Below are positions 62,201-64,000 of a stretch of 64,000 nt of DNA, piece by piece. The translations under genes and the position numbers were made by a program. The stretch's first letter is position 1. Every line of letters starts with the position of its first letter. A model generated the notes under the pieces. That model did not search any database, was not told the DNA's origin, and saw only the letters and a list, made by a program, of their open reading frames with translations. Source of the DNA: an uncultured virus (IMG/VR IMGVR_UViG_3300024505_000605). Its lineage: Duplodnaviria; Heunggongvirae; Uroviricota; Caudoviricetes. Where the stretch lies: the IMG/VR virus record IMGVR_UViG_3300024505_000605. One strand, 5' to 3'.

Positions 62201-63700
62201 ATGACGTACACCGGTTTCAGGCACTACGACCGGAATCTGACGCGCACGGCCACGCAGGTTCAAGATCCCAACGCAGCTTGGCAGGCACAAGAGGCCCATT
62301 GGATCCTGATCGAAGATCTCTTGCAGGGCACCTATGGAATGCGCCGTAAACACCGGCGTTACCTGCCGCAGGAACCACGCGAGCAAGACGACAGCTACGA
62401 CAACCGCCTAGCGCGTTCTGTTTGTCCGCCGTACTACCAGCGGCTTGAACGCATGTTGGCGGGCATGTTGACCCGTAAGCCTGTGCGTCTTGACGACGTG
62501 CCCGATGTTATTCGTGAGCAACTATTTGACGTAGACCTTCAGGGCAATGACCTGAACATTTACGTCTACGAATTAGCGCGAAAAATTATTCGGTACGGCC
62601 ACGCTGGTGTTCTTGTTGATTTCCCTAGCCAAGACGACAGCGAGCTGCAAAACATCACCGACGTCTCTGCATTGCGTCCTTATTGGGTTACCTATACGCC
62701 GCGTGACATTCTTGGTTGGCGTTCGGAGGTGGTAAACGGCGCACAACAACTCACTCAACTGCGTCTGATGGAGCGCGTAACCATCGCTGACGGTGAATAC
62801 GGCGAAAAGGTTGTTGAACAGGTGCGTGTACTGAAGCCAGGCTCTTATGCATTGTTCCGTCAAGATGACACACGCGGAAGCTTTGAAAAAGTGGCTGAAG
62901 GCACCACCAGCCTTGATTACATTCCGTTCGCCACTGCCTACTCAAACCGCGTTGGCCTGTTGGAATCACGCCCGCCGCTGGAAGACATTGCTGAACTGAA
63001 CCTCAAGACCTACCAAATCCAGAGCGATCTGGACAACATGTTGCACATCTCGGCAGTGCCGATGCTGGCATTCTTCGGCTTCCCGTCCAGTGCTGAGGAA
63101 GTAAGCGCCGGTCCTGGTGAGGCCATCGCCTTCCCGTCTGAAGGCCGTGCCGAATACATCGAACCCAGCGGCAACAGCTTCAAGTCGCAGTTTGATCGTC
63201 TTGCTCAACTGGCAGCGCAGATCAATGAACTTGGCCTGTCCGCCATCCTTGGCCAAAAGCTAAGTGCCGAAACTGCCGAGGCAAAGCGCATTGATCGGAG
63301 CCAAGGCGATTCCACCATGATGGTGATTGCACAGCAGGTGCAAGATCTAATTGATAACTGCCTGCGCTATCACGCTGACTACCTGGGCCAAGCGCAATCC
63401 GGCAGCAGCTATGTCAACCGTGACTTTATCGGTGCACGTCTTGAACCTGCCGAAATCACCGCGTTGCTGCAGACTTACACCGCCGGCGTGATCAGTCAGA
63501 AAACCTTGCTTGATCAGCTCGCTCAAGGTGAAGTGCTGGGCGATGACTTCGATGTTGAGGAAGAACTAGAAGCCACGCAATCTGGTGGATTGATTGAGCT
63601 TGGCGGCCCTGAAAACCTTGGCTCTGAAGACGTGATGGGCGAAGAAATGCCCAACGATCAGAGCTATGAAGATCAAAGTTCTAACGATCAAATGCAATGA
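62201..63700 (+). CDS. Portal protein (unit 2)
   Basis: YLPQEPRE..Y.NRL, DVDLQG, RPYW, SRPPLED..LNL. Confidence 0.88.
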   Translation: MTYTGFRHYDRNLTRTATQVQDPNAAWQAQEAHWILIEDLLQGTYGMRRKHRRYLPQEPREQDDSYDNRLARSVCPPYYQRLERMLAGMLTRKPVRLDDVPDVIREQLFDVDLQGNDLNIYVYELARKIIRYGHAGVLVDFPSQDDSELQNITDVSALRPYWVTYTPRDILGWRSEVVNGAQQLTQLRLMERVTIADGEYGEKVVEQVRVLKPGSYALFRQDDTRGSFEKVAEGTTSLDYIPFATAYSNRVGLLESRPPLEDIAELNLKTYQIQSDLDNMLHISAVPMLAFFGFPSSAEEVSAGPGEAIAFPSEGRAEYIEPSGNSFKSQFDRLAQLAAQINELGLSAILGQKLSAETAEAKRIDRSQGDSTMMVIAQQVQDLIDNCLRYHADYLGQAQSGSSYVNRDFIGARLEPAEITALLQTYTAGVISQKTLLDQLAQGEVLGDDFDVEEELEATQSGGLIELGGPENLGSEDVMGEEMPNDQSYEDQSSNDQMQ

Positions 63701-64000
63701 CGCAATCGGGCGTTACACCTCGCCTGCTCAACGTTGAGCAATTCAAGCGGAAGATTGACCGCAGCAATCCTGTTGCCAACATCTACCGAAACGCCATTGA
63801 TCTGAACCGCTTCAGCAATGCTGTCGCCCGTCAGATTGTGCGGGATTACAACGCCATCATCCTGAGCGCCGTTGACGATCTAAAGCGCATTGATTTTGGC
63901 GAAGCCACAGCAGGCGCAGGCATTGTCAGCCCGTCATCGGTGCAGGCGCAGCGTCTACGTGTGATCCTTGCTCAGCTCAAGCAATCACTAGATGGCTGGG
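63697..64000 (+). CDS. Putative head morphogenesis (MuF/gp7-like) protein, truncated by window end
   Basis: MTQSGV...YRNAIDLNRFSNAVARQI..., ATGA-coupled to the portal. Confidence 0.55.
   Translation, partial: MTQSGVTPRLLNVEQFKRKIDRSNPVANIYRNAIDLNRFSNAVARQIVRDYNAIILSAVDDLKRIDFGEATAGAGIVSPSSVQAQRLRVILAQLKQSLDGW

Overview
The window is entirely tailed-phage DNA. Gene content and order resemble siphoviruses of picocyanobacteria (Synechococcus/Cyanobium, S-CBS-like); this host and taxon call comes from family recognition, not a search. It holds two different but related genomes end to end. Unit 1 (1-42745) is one complete gene circle: tail-fibre end, swappable tail-tip cassette, lysis genes, a replication arm (PolA, ThyX, dCTP deaminase, primase-helicase), early genes, TerS/TerL, portal, capsid and tail, returning to the same tail-fibre gene (1-474 recurs, diverged, at 42746-43219). 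Unit 2 (42746 to the end) has the same tail/lysis scaffold but a different tail-tip cassette containing a tyrosine recombinase, a different endolysin, a different replication arm (initiator, Sak-like annealase, RusA), and its own TerS, TerL and portal. A chimeric assembly through the shared tail repeat is as likely as a real tandem. The main unexplained signals are: (i) small genes each bounded by a 15-bp TAGT-N7-ACTA site, a candidate phage gene-cassette system, with a minimal, possibly LexA-controlled recombinase elsewhere in the window; (ii) a 277-bp mirror-symmetric iteron array inside the primase-helicase gene; (iii) two structured ncRNA candidates between terL and portal of unit 2; (iv) tail-tip modules sharing an N-terminal IPGxxNPLLL peptide; (v) a four-copy operator regulon; (vi) an HNH gene carrying a copy of its neighbour's C-terminus. 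No rRNA, tRNA, CRISPR array or reverse transcriptase was seen.
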